DNA from: an uncultured Bacteroidales bacterium
Lineage (GTDB): Bacteria > Bacteroidota > Bacteroidia > Bacteroidales > P3
Direction of reading: 5' to 3'
NCBI GenBank assembly: GCA_947174375.1
Contig: CAMWIS010000001.1
Span: forward strand, 1 to 37,870
Length of the DNA: 37,870 nucleotides
Translations under genes and position numbers: made by a program
Notes under the pieces: generated by a model
Told to the model about the DNA's origin: nothing
The model's input: the letters and a program-made list of their open reading frames with translations, nothing else
The model's database searches: none
In this document: positions 17,110-24,800 of the stretch, one piece after another
How the letters are laid out: every line of letters begins with the position of its first letter
How positions within the stretch are numbered: position 1 is the first letter of the stretch

Positions 17110-18354
17110 ATGGCAAACGAAAACATCAATCTGGTGGATAGTTTCTCTGAGTTCAAGGATCTCAAGAGCATAGACAGGGAAACGATGATGCGTATTTTGG
17201 AAGAAGTTTTCAAAAGTACTTTGCTGAAGAAGTACGGCTCGGACGAGAATATCGACATTATCGTCAACATCGACAAGGGCGACTTGGAAATCTGGCGTAA
17301 CCTGACGATTGTGGATGATGCCGAATTTACGGACGATACGTTGCAGATCCGCTATTCGGACGCCATCAAGATTGAACCGGACTTTGAAGTGGGCGAAGAG
17401 GTGTCGCAGCAGATTTTCCTCAAGGACTTCGGCCGCCGCGAGATTCTCAACATCCGTCAGACGTTGGTTTCCAAGATTCAGGAATACGAGAACAATATCA
17501 TCTACAAACGGTATAAGGAACGCATCGGCGACATCATCACGGGCGAGGTTTACCAGATTTGGAAGAAAGAGACGTTGCTGTTGGACGACAACGGCATCGA
17601 GCTCGTGTTGCCCAAGAGCGAACAGATTCCGGCCGACTTCTACCGCAAGGGCGATACGTTGCGCGCCGTGGTGCTGAAAGTGGACGTGCGCAACAACGTG
17701 CCGGTGGTCATCCTTTCGCGCACGAGTCCGGTGTTCCTCGAACGTCTGTTCGAACAGGAGGTGCCCGAGGTGTTCGACGGCCTGATTACGATTAAGCGCA
17801 TCGTGCGTGAACCGGGCGAACGCGCCAAGGTGGCCGTGGAATCCTACGACGACCGCATCGACCCGGTAGGCGCCTGCGTCGGCATGAAGGGTTCGCGTAT
17901 CCACGGCATCGTGCGGGAGCTGCGCAACGAGAACATCGACGTCATCAACTGGACGCAGAACCCCGAACTGCTGATTACGCGTGCGCTGAGTCCGGCCCGT
18001 GTTTCGTCGATTACGATTCACGAGGAAGAGAAACGCGCTGAAGTATATATGAAAGCCGACCAAGTGTCGTTGGCCATCGGCAAGGGCGGCAGCAACATCA
18101 AGTTGGCCGGCCGGTTGTCGGAATACGAGATAGACGTTTACCGCGAGGCCGACGGCGTGGAAGACGATGTGGATCTGCAGGAATTCAGCGATGAAATCGA
18201 ACAGTGGATTATCGACCAGCTCAAGGCCATCGGCTGCGACACGGCCAAAGACGCGCTGAACATCGGCCAGGAAGAGCTCGTAAAACGCACCGACTTGGAA
18301 GAAGAGACGGTGGCGGAGGTGTTGCAGATTCTGCGCGCCGAATTCGAGGAATAA
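17110..18354 (+). CDS. nusA: transcription termination/antitermination factor NusA
   Basis: The 414-aa ORF has the NusA N-terminal domain, an S1 domain (GDIITGEVYQ...) and tandem KH domains (ACVGMKGSRIHGIVRELRNENIDVI; LAIGKGGSNIKLAGRL). No C-terminal AR1/AR2 repeats are present. Confidence 0.97.
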   Translation: MANENINLVDSFSEFKDLKSIDRETMMRILEEVFKSTLLKKYGSDENIDIIVNIDKGDLEIWRNLTIVDDAEFTDDTLQIRYSDAIKIEPDFEVGEEVSQQIFLKDFGRREILNIRQTLVSKIQEYENNIIYKRYKERIGDIITGEVYQIWKKETLLLDDNGIELVLPKSEQIPADFYRKGDTLRAVVLKVDVRNNVPVVILSRTSPVFLERLFEQEVPEVFDGLITIKRIVREPGERAKVAVESYDDRIDPVGACVGMKGSRIHGIVRELRNENIDVINWTQNPELLITRALSPARVSSITIHEEEKRAEVYMKADQVSLAIGKGGSNIKLAGRLSEYEIDVYREADGVEDDVDLQEFSDEIEQWIIDQLKAIGCDTAKDALNIGQEELVKRTDLEEETVAEVLQILRAEFEE

Positions 18355-18454
18355 GCGCACGGACGCATCGGGTGTGACCCGCCCGGCCGGCGCGCAGGCA
18401 TCGGCGAAGCGGTCGCCAAACGAGAAATAAGCGATTTAAAGCACAATAGAATTT

Positions 18455-21400
18455 ATGGCAGAAGAAACAAAAACCGCTGTAAGGCTTTCCAAAGCCGCCA
18501 AGGAATTCAACATAGGCGTACAGACCGTCATCGAATTCCTGGGGAAGAAGGGTCATGAAATAGACTCTAACCCGAATTCCAAACTTACCGCGGAACAGTA
18601 TGCCCTTTTGGCCAAGGAATACCAGAGCGACAAGGCGGTCCGCCAGGAAGCCGAGAACATCGACCTGGGGCTTGGCAAGAAGAAAGCGCCGATTACGGTG
18701 GAAGACGTGAAGAACGCCTCGCCCGAGGCGGAACCGACGGCGGAGCCCGAAGACGAGGAACTCCGCATCAAGAAGGTTTCGTTGGAAGGCCCGGCCAAGA
18801 AGGCGAAGACCACCAAAGCCAAGGCGGAACCGAAGGCGGACGCCCCGGCGGAAGCCGCCGAAAAGCCCGCCAAGAAGACGTCGCGCAAGGCCGCGGCCGA
18901 ACCGGTAGCGGAACCCGTGGCGGAAGCCGCGCCCGCAGCGGAGGCGGAAGAAGCCGAAACGCCGGAAGAAACGGCTAAAACGGTCAAGAAAACGGCCACG
19001 AAGAAGAAAGAGACGGCCGCCAAGACAACGGCTGCCAAAACGGCCAAGGCCGCCAAGGCGGAGGCGGAAGCCGAAGTGGAAGCGGTGGCGGAACCGGCGC
19101 CTGAGCCGGAGCCTGAAAAGACGGTGGCGGAAGCCGAACCGACCGTGGAGGCGGGGGCCGGCGCGGCCGCCGTCGAACCGCGCCCGGTAGAGGAGAAACC
19201 CGCCGGCAGCACGTTGAGGGTGGTTGGCAAGATAGATTTGAGCGAACTTTCGGCCAAACGCCGGAAAGAGCGGGCGGCGGAGAATGCGGAACGCGCCGCG
19301 GAGACGGCGGCCGACGGCGGGAAACCCGCCGCGCCGGTGGCTGAGACCTCGGCGGAAGCGCCCGCCCGGGTCGAGACGGCAGCGCCCGCCGCTATGGAAA
19401 CCGCCCCGGCGGAAGCCGCGGCCCCCGGCGCGCCGGCCCCCGACACCAAGCCCGACAACTTCATCCCCACGGCCAAGGTGACGCTGACCGGCCCGCGTCT
19501 GACGGGCGAGAAAATCGACCTCGGCCAGTTCGAGCGCCGTCCCAAGCCCGTGGCCTCGTCCCGTGACGGCGGCAACGGCGGCAAGAAAAAACGCCAGCGG
19601 GTGGGCGAAAAGCCCACGGGCAACACCGTCATGGGCGGCATGAACCGTCCGGGCGGCAGTATGAACGTTGGCGGCAACAACAACGCCCCCGGCAAGAACA
19701 AGAAGAAAAAGAACAACAAGAACGCCCACGTCCAGATCAACGAACAAGAAGTGGAAAAGACGCTGAAAGACACGTTGGCGCGTCTTTCGCCGCTGGGCAA
19801 GTCCAAGACCTCCAAGCACCGCCGCGAGAAACGGCATACCATCAGCCAGCACATGGAGGAGGAACAGGAAAGGATGATGCAGGAACAGCGCGTGCTGAAA
19901 GTGACCGAATTCGTGACGGTAAACGAGTTGGCCACGATGATGAACGTGCCGGTTACCGATATCATCTCCACCTGTATGTCGTTGGGGCTGTTCGTCTCCA
20001 TCAACCAGCGTCTGACGGCCGACCCGATTTCGCTTTTGGCCGAAGAATACGGCTATACCGTCGAGTTCGTCGATGCCGAGGTGCTGGACGAGCTCGAACA
20101 TCAGGACGATGACGACGCGGTGGGCGAAGAAGAGCCGCGCACGCCGATTGTCACGGTCATGGGTCACGTTGACCACGGTAAGACGTCCTTGCTCGACTAC
20201 ATCCGCAAATCGAACGTCATCGCGGGCGAGGCCGGCGGTATCACGCAGCACATCGGTGCCTACGAGGTACAGTTGGAGAACGGCAAGCGCATCACGTTCC
20301 TCGATACCCCGGGTCACGAAGCCTTTACGGCCATGCGTGCCCGCGGTGCCAAAATCACCGACATCGCGATTATCGTGGTGGCGGCCGACGACAAGGTGAT
20401 GCCGCAGACGGTGGAAGCCATCAACCACGCGCAGGCGGCCGGCGTCCCCATCGTCTTCGCGATTAACAAAATAGACAAGCCGCAGGCCGACCCCGACAAA
20501 ATCAAGACGGAGTTGGCCGACATGAACCTGCTCGTAGAGGAGTGGGGCGGCAAATACCAAAGCCAGGACATCTCGGCCAAGAAGGGGCTTAATGTGGACA
20601 GCCTGTTGGAGAAGGTGTTGCTGGAAGCCGAGATGCTCGACCTGAAGGCCAACCCGCGGCGGCGCGCCAAGGGTACGGTCGTGGAATCGTCGTTGGACAA
20701 GGGCCGCGGCTATGTGGCCAAGATTCTCGTTCAGGACGGCAGCGTTTCGGTGGGCGACCCGATTATCGCGGGGGCGACCTGCGGCCGTGTCAAGGCCATG
20801 TACAACGAGCGTAACCAGCCCGTCAAGAAGGCCGGCCCTTCCACGCCGGTGCTGTTGCTCGGCTTGAACGGCGCGCCGCAGGCCGGCGACACGTTCAACG
20901 TGACCAAAGACGAAAAAGAGGCCAAGGACATCGCCAACCGCCGTCTGCAACTGCAACGCGAACAGGGTCTGCGGACGCAGAAGCATATCACGCTCGACGA
21001 AATCGGCCGTCGTATCGCCATCGGCGACTTCAAGGAACTCAACGTCATCGTCAAGGGTGACGTGGACGGCTCCATCGAGGCCTTGTCCGACTCCTTGCTC
21101 AAACTCTCGACCGAGGAGGTACAGGTCAACGTCATCCACAAGTCGGTGGGTCAGATTACGGAAAGCGATATCCTGTTGGCTTCGGCCTCCAACGCCATCA
21201 TCATCGGCTTTCAGGTGCGTCCGTCGTTGGCGGCGCGCAAGCTGGCCGAGAGCGAGCAGATCGACATCCGTCTCTACTCCATCATCTACGATGCCATCAA
21301 CGAACTCAAAGACGCCATCGAGGGTATGCTTTCGCCCGAAATCCAAGAGAAAATCGTGGCCAACCTCGAGGTGCGCGAAGTCTTCAAGATCAGCAAGGTG

Positions 21401-21643
21401 GGCGCCGTGGCGGGCTGTATCGTCCTGGACGGCCGCCTGACACGCAACACCAAGGTGCGGATTATCCGCGACGGTATCGTGGCCTACACCGGCAAGCTGG
21501 GTTCGCTGCGCCGTTTCAAGGACGACGTGAAGGAAGTGATGGTGGGTCAGGACTGCGGTCTGAACATCGAGAACTTCAACGACATCAAGGTGGGCGATAT
21601 CATCGAGGGCTACGAACAGACCGAGGTGAAACGGACGTTGTAG
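18455..21643 (+). CDS. infB: translation initiation factor IF-2
   Basis: The 1062-aa ORF has an IF2_N domain at the N-terminus, then a long A/E/K/P/T-rich linker. The GTPase domain follows ([26 protein letters not shown]), then the conserved C-terminal domains. Confidence 0.97.
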   Translation: MAEETKTAVRLSKAAKEFNIGVQTVIEFLGKKGHEIDSNPNSKLTAEQYALLAKEYQSDKAVRQEAENIDLGLGKKKAPITVEDVKNASPEAEPTAEPEDEELRIKKVSLEGPAKKAKTTKAKAEPKADAPAEAAEKPAKKTSRKAAAEPVAEPVAEAAPAAEAEEAETPEETAKTVKKTATKKKETAAKTTAAKTAKAAKAEAEAEVEAVAEPAPEPEPEKTVAEAEPTVEAGAGAAAVEPRPVEEKPAGSTLRVVGKIDLSELSAKRRKERAAENAERAAETAADGGKPAAPVAETSAEAPARVETAAPAAMETAPAEAAAPGAPAPDTKPDNFIPTAKVTLTGPRLTGEKIDLGQFERRPKPVASSRDGGNGGKKKRQRVGEKPTGNTVMGGMNRPGGSMNVGGNNNAPGKNKKKKNNKNAHVQINEQEVEKTLKDTLARLSPLGKSKTSKHRREKRHTISQHMEEEQERMMQEQRVLKVTEFVTVNELATMMNVPVTDIISTCMSLGLFVSINQRLTADPISLLAEEYGYTVEFVDAEVLDELEHQDDDDAVGEEEPRTPIVTVMGHVDHGKTSLLDYIRKSNVIAGEAGGITQHIGAYEVQLENGKRITFLDTPGHEAFTAMRARGAKITDIAIIVVAADDKVMPQTVEAINHAQAAGVPIVFAINKIDKPQADPDKIKTELADMNLLVEEWGGKYQSQDISAKKGLNVDSLLEKVLLEAEMLDLKANPRRRAKGTVVESSLDKGRGYVAKILVQDGSVSVGDPIIAGATCGRVKAMYNERNQPVKKAGPSTPVLLLGLNGAPQAGDTFNVTKDEKEAKDIANRRLQLQREQGLRTQKHITLDEIGRRIAIGDFKELNVIVKGDVDGSIEALSDSLLKLSTEEVQVNVIHKSVGQITESDILLASASNAIIIGFQVRPSLAARKLAESEQIDIRLYSIIYDAINELKDAIEGMLSPEIQEKIVANLEVREVFKISKVGAVAGCIVLDGRLTRNTKVRIIRDGIVAYTGKLGSLRRFKDDVKEVMVGQDCGLNIENFNDIKVGDIIEGYEQTEVKRTL

Positions 21644-21682
21644 GCTTGGCGGCCTCCGGGCCGTCGGGCTTGCTTTACGCTC

Positions 21683-22666
21683 ATGTACGCGCGCTTTTTA
21701 CAATATGTGAGGCGACACCGCCTGTTCGACGGGCGGGAGCGGGTGCTCGTGGCCGTGAGCGGCGGCGCCGACTCCACCGTCTTGTTGCACTTGCTCGTGC
21801 GGGCGGTGCGGCAGGGCGCGTTGCCCTTGGAACTGGCCGTGGCGCATTGTCATTTCCAGTTGCGCGGCGCGGCGGCCGACGGCGACCAGGCCTTTGCGGA
21901 GGCGCTGGCGCGGGAAGCCGGCCTGCCCTTCTATACGGTGCGTTTCGATACCCTCTCCCATGCCGGGGCGCAGGCCGTCTCCGTCGAGATGGCGGCGCGC
22001 GAACTCCGATACGGTTTCTTTAAACAATGTATGGCGCAGGACGGCTGGCAAGCCTGTGCGCTGGCGCATCATGCCGACGACCAGGCGGAAACGCTTTACC
22101 TCAATCTCTTGCGTGGTACGGGCCTCAAGGGGCTGCGCGGGATGCAACCCGTGCAGGGTGCATATATGCGACCGCTGCTGTTCGCGCGCCGCGCCGAGAT
22201 AGAAGCCTATGCCGCCGCGCAAGGGCTGACGTACCGCACCGACGCCACGAACGCCGCCGACGACTACCTGCGCAACCGCGTCCGCCATCATCTGTTGCCG
22301 CTCTGCCGGCAACTCAACCCGCAGGCCGTGGCGCACGCCGCGCAGACGGCCGTGAGCCTGCAACGGGACGAGGCCGTCCTGTCGGCCTGGTATGCGGCGG
22401 CCGAAGCGCGGCTCGTGGAGAAACGGGAGGGCGTCCCCGCCGAGTTCATCGCCAAGCGCAAGATCCGCCGCTTCCACGGGGAGGTCGGCGAGGCCGCCTG
22501 TCTATGCTTTTGGGAGTGGTACCTCAAGGCCCGCGACTTCAACCAGGAGCAAATCGAGCAGATTATTCAGAACTATTTAGACGGCGAGGGCGGCAAGACC
22601 TTCGACGACCGCTTCGGCCGCCGCACGCTCGCCCGCACCCCCCAGGGCTGGACGTACACGCCCTAG
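21683..22666 (+). CDS. tilS: tRNA(Ile)-lysidine synthetase (short form)
   Basis: The 327-aa ORF has the PP-loop motif VAVSGGADSTVLLHLL and HHADDQAETLYLNLLRGTG, typical of TilS. It lacks the long C-terminal domain of E. coli TilS. Confidence 0.88.
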   Translation: MYARFLQYVRRHRLFDGRERVLVAVSGGADSTVLLHLLVRAVRQGALPLELAVAHCHFQLRGAAADGDQAFAEALAREAGLPFYTVRFDTLSHAGAQAVSVEMAARELRYGFFKQCMAQDGWQACALAHHADDQAETLYLNLLRGTGLKGLRGMQPVQGAYMRPLLFARRAEIEAYAAAQGLTYRTDATNAADDYLRNRVRHHLLPLCRQLNPQAVAHAAQTAVSLQRDEAVLSAWYAAAEARLVEKREGVPAEFIAKRKIRRFHGEVGEAACLCFWEWYLKARDFNQEQIEQIIQNYLDGEGGKTFDDRFGRRTLARTPQGWTYTP

Positions 22667-23976
22667 TCTATCCGCTCTATCTCGGCGCCGAGTTCGCGGA
22701 GGCGGAGGTCGATGGCCTCGTAGCCGCGGTCGATCTGTTCGATGTTGTGGATGACGCTCTCGCCCTTGGCCGACAGGGCGGCGATGAGCAGGGAGACGCC
22801 GGCCCGTATGTCGGGCGACACCATCGAAATGCCTTGCAGCGGCATCTCGTGGTCGAGGCCGATGACGGTGGCGCGGTGGGGGTCGCACAGGATGATGCGT
22901 GCGCCCATAGAAATCAGGTTATCGACGAAGAACAGGCGGCTTTCAAACATCTTCTGATGGATGAGCACGCTGCCCTTGGCCTGGATGGCCGTCACAAGCG
23001 CGATGCTGATGAGGTCGGGCGTGAAACCCGGCCAGGGGGCGTCGGCAATCGTGGGGATGGAGCCGTCGCGGGAGTTTTCGATGCAGTAGTGTTCCTGCGC
23101 GGGGATAAACAGGTCGTCGCCCCGGTAAATCGTCTGCACGCCCAAGCGGGCGAACACCTGCGGAATCAAGCCCAAATATTGCCGTTGCACGTTGCGGACG
23201 GTCAGTTCCGACTGCGTCATGGCGGCCAGCCCGATAAAGCTGCCCACCTCGATCATGTCGGGCAAAAGCGTGTGGTTCGCGCCCGAAAGACGCTCCACGC
23301 CCTCTATCTGCAACAGGTTGGAGCCCATGCCGTGGATGTGCGCCCCCATGGCGCAGAGCATCCGGCAGAGTTGCAGCACGTAGGGCTCGCAGGCCGCGTT
23401 GAAAATCGTCGTCGTGCCCTTGCTCAGCACGGCGGCCATGATGATGTTGGCCGTACCGGTCACGGAGGCTTCGTCCAGCAGCATATAGCGGCCCCGCAGC
23501 CCGCTCTCCGGCGTCCGCACGTCGAAGCTGCGGCGGACGGTGTCGTACTCCACCTTGGCGCCGAGGTTCTCGAAGCCGATGAAGTGCGTGTCCAAGCGCC
23601 GGCGGCCTATCTTGTCGCCCCCGGGTTGCGGCACGATGGCGCGTCCCGTGCGGGCCAGCAGCGGCCCGGCCAGCATGACCGACCCGCGCAAGGCGTTGGC
23701 GCGCTGTTCGAAGTCTTCGGTCAGCAGGAAGTCGGTCTCTATGTGTTTGGCCTCGAACGTAAACGTGTGGGTTTCGGGATGCGAGACCGACACGCCGAGG
23801 CATTGCACGAGTTCGATGAGTTTGAGCACGTCGCGGATAAGCGGCACATTGCTGATGGTCACTTTCTCTTCGGTCAGCAGCGTGGCGCAAATAACCTGCA
23901 GGGCCTCGTTCTTGGCGCCCTGGGGCGTGATACAGCCATTGAGTTTATGGCGTCCGCGAATCTTAAACGAGCTCAT
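22663..23976 (-). CDS. murA: UDP-N-acetylglucosamine 1-carboxyvinyltransferase
   Basis: The 437-aa ORF aligns by eye with E. coli MurA along its length (GAKNEALQVI..., GPLLARTG...PGGDKIGRRRLDTH). The residue equivalent to E. coli Cys115 is Asp121 (GAC, 23616..23614). Confidence 0.95.
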   Translation of the reverse strand: MSSFKIRGRHKLNGCITPQGAKNEALQVICATLLTEEKVTISNVPLIRDVLKLIELVQCLGVSVSHPETHTFTFEAKHIETDFLLTEDFEQRANALRGSVMLAGPLLARTGRAIVPQPGGDKIGRRRLDTHFIGFENLGAKVEYDTVRRSFDVRTPESGLRGRYMLLDEASVTGTANIIMAAVLSKGTTTIFNAACEPYVLQLCRMLCAMGAHIHGMGSNLLQIEGVERLSGANHTLLPDMIEVGSFIGLAAMTQSELTVRNVQRQYLGLIPQVFARLGVQTIYRGDDLFIPAQEHYCIENSRDGSIPTIADAPWPGFTPDLISIALVTAIQAKGSVLIHQKMFESRLFFVDNLISMGARIILCDPHRATVIGLDHEMPLQGISMVSPDIRAGVSLLIAALSAKGESVIHNIEQIDRGYEAIDLRLRELGAEIERID

Positions 23977-24717
23977 TTATTTGACGTTGTTGCGGTTGTT
24001 ATTGTAGCGTTTGTATCCACCGTTTCCGTTGCCGTTGTTGCCGTTGCGGTGGTTGTATCCGCCGTTGCCGTAGCCGCTATGGCCGTTGTTGTAGCGTCTG
24101 CCGGCGTTGGGGTTGTCGTAGGGGCTCAGGTTGATGAACTTGTTCTTGCGCTCCGGCGACGGCTTGGCGTAGAAGGCCGAGTTGACCTTGCCGCGGATGG
24201 TCTCGTCGTAGAGGATGCGGCCGCCCGACATCAGTTCCAGATGTTTGGCCAGCACCTCGTCGCGCAGCATATCGTCGTTCCACGTGTAGTAGAGCTTGCG
24301 CATCTGTCCGGCCACCATGTTCAGCAGCGTGGTCCGTTCTTCGCCTTCCGGCATCTCGGCGGCCTTGAGGATAAGCCGTTCGATGATGCGGCCGTAGTAG
24401 CGGAACCGGATGGGCGAGTTCTTGTACGGGATGGGGCGGCACTTGGCCGTCATCGGCTGACGGTCCGGCATCGGAAACGGCGCGTCGATGTCCAATTTGT
24501 AGTCGGACATGATGAAAAGCTGGTCGTAGAGTTTATGGAGATAGTCGTCCACCTGCCGGATGTCGGGGTTGAGCACCTGCATCGACTTGATGATGGTCTG
24601 AGCCGCCAGGTTGCGTTCGTGCCGGTCTTCTATCGTCAGGGCGTGCGAAACCATTTCCTGAATGCCCCTGCCGTATTCCGGGAAAATAAGCGGCTTTCTC
24701 AAAGTGTTGTATCTCAT
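23977..24717 (-). CDS. DUF4290-family protein with Asn/Gly/Tyr-rich C-terminal tail
   Basis: The 246-aa ORF has the N-terminus MRYNTLRKPLIFPEYGRGIQEMV, which I associate with the Bacteroidota DUF4290 family usually found upstream of murA. Its TAA stop abuts the murA ATG (TAAATG). Confidence 0.7.
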   Translation of the reverse strand: MRYNTLRKPLIFPEYGRGIQEMVSHALTIEDRHERNLAAQTIIKSMQVLNPDIRQVDDYLHKLYDQLFIMSDYKLDIDAPFPMPDRQPMTAKCRPIPYKNSPIRFRYYGRIIERLILKAAEMPEGEERTTLLNMVAGQMRKLYYTWNDDMLRDEVLAKHLELMSGGRILYDETIRGKVNSAFYAKPSPERKNKFINLSPYDNPNAGRRYNNGHSGYGNGGYNHRNGNNGNGNGGYKRYNNNRNNVK

Positions 24718-24760
24718 CGGAAATATTTATGTAAGTCGTCGGAAAAGTCCAAATTTCTAA

Positions 24761-24792
24761 CAAATATACGTTTTTTCGGGCGAACCTGCAAA
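24761..24792 (-). promoter_or_regulatory. candidate promoter for DUF4290-murA: -33 TTTG and -7 TATATTTG
   Basis: On the minus strand, TTTG (24792..24789) and TATATTTG (24768..24761) are separated by 20 nt, a full match to the Bacteroides consensus. The promoter lies in the 83-nt priA-DUF4290 spacer, 43 nt upstream of the ATG at 24717. Confidence 0.55.
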
Positions 24793-24800
24793 TTAGGCGT

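Noticed and set aside
18355-18454. Possible regulatory RNA or terminator in the nusA-infB spacer (small GGCGA-AGCGG-TCGCC hairpin at 18403..18417 and a CCGGCCGG palindrome).
   Set aside because: The stems are short, there is no U-tract and there is no promoter box. This is consistent with simple read-through within the operon.
18680-19750. Repetitive A/E/K/P/T-rich region in infB as a possible tandem repeat or array.
   Set aside because: It stays in frame within IF-2. There is no regular unit length or spacer structure. Long low-complexity linkers between the IF2 N-domain and the G-domain are normal for this protein.
18221-21346. 1041-aa ORF antisense to infB. There is also a 483-aa ORF (18553..20004) on the same strand.
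   Set aside because: It lies entirely opposite a highly conserved gene. Its translation is Arg/Gly/Leu/Phe-rich low complexity with no motifs. Long stop-free antisense frames are expected when the sense strand uses GC-rich third positions.
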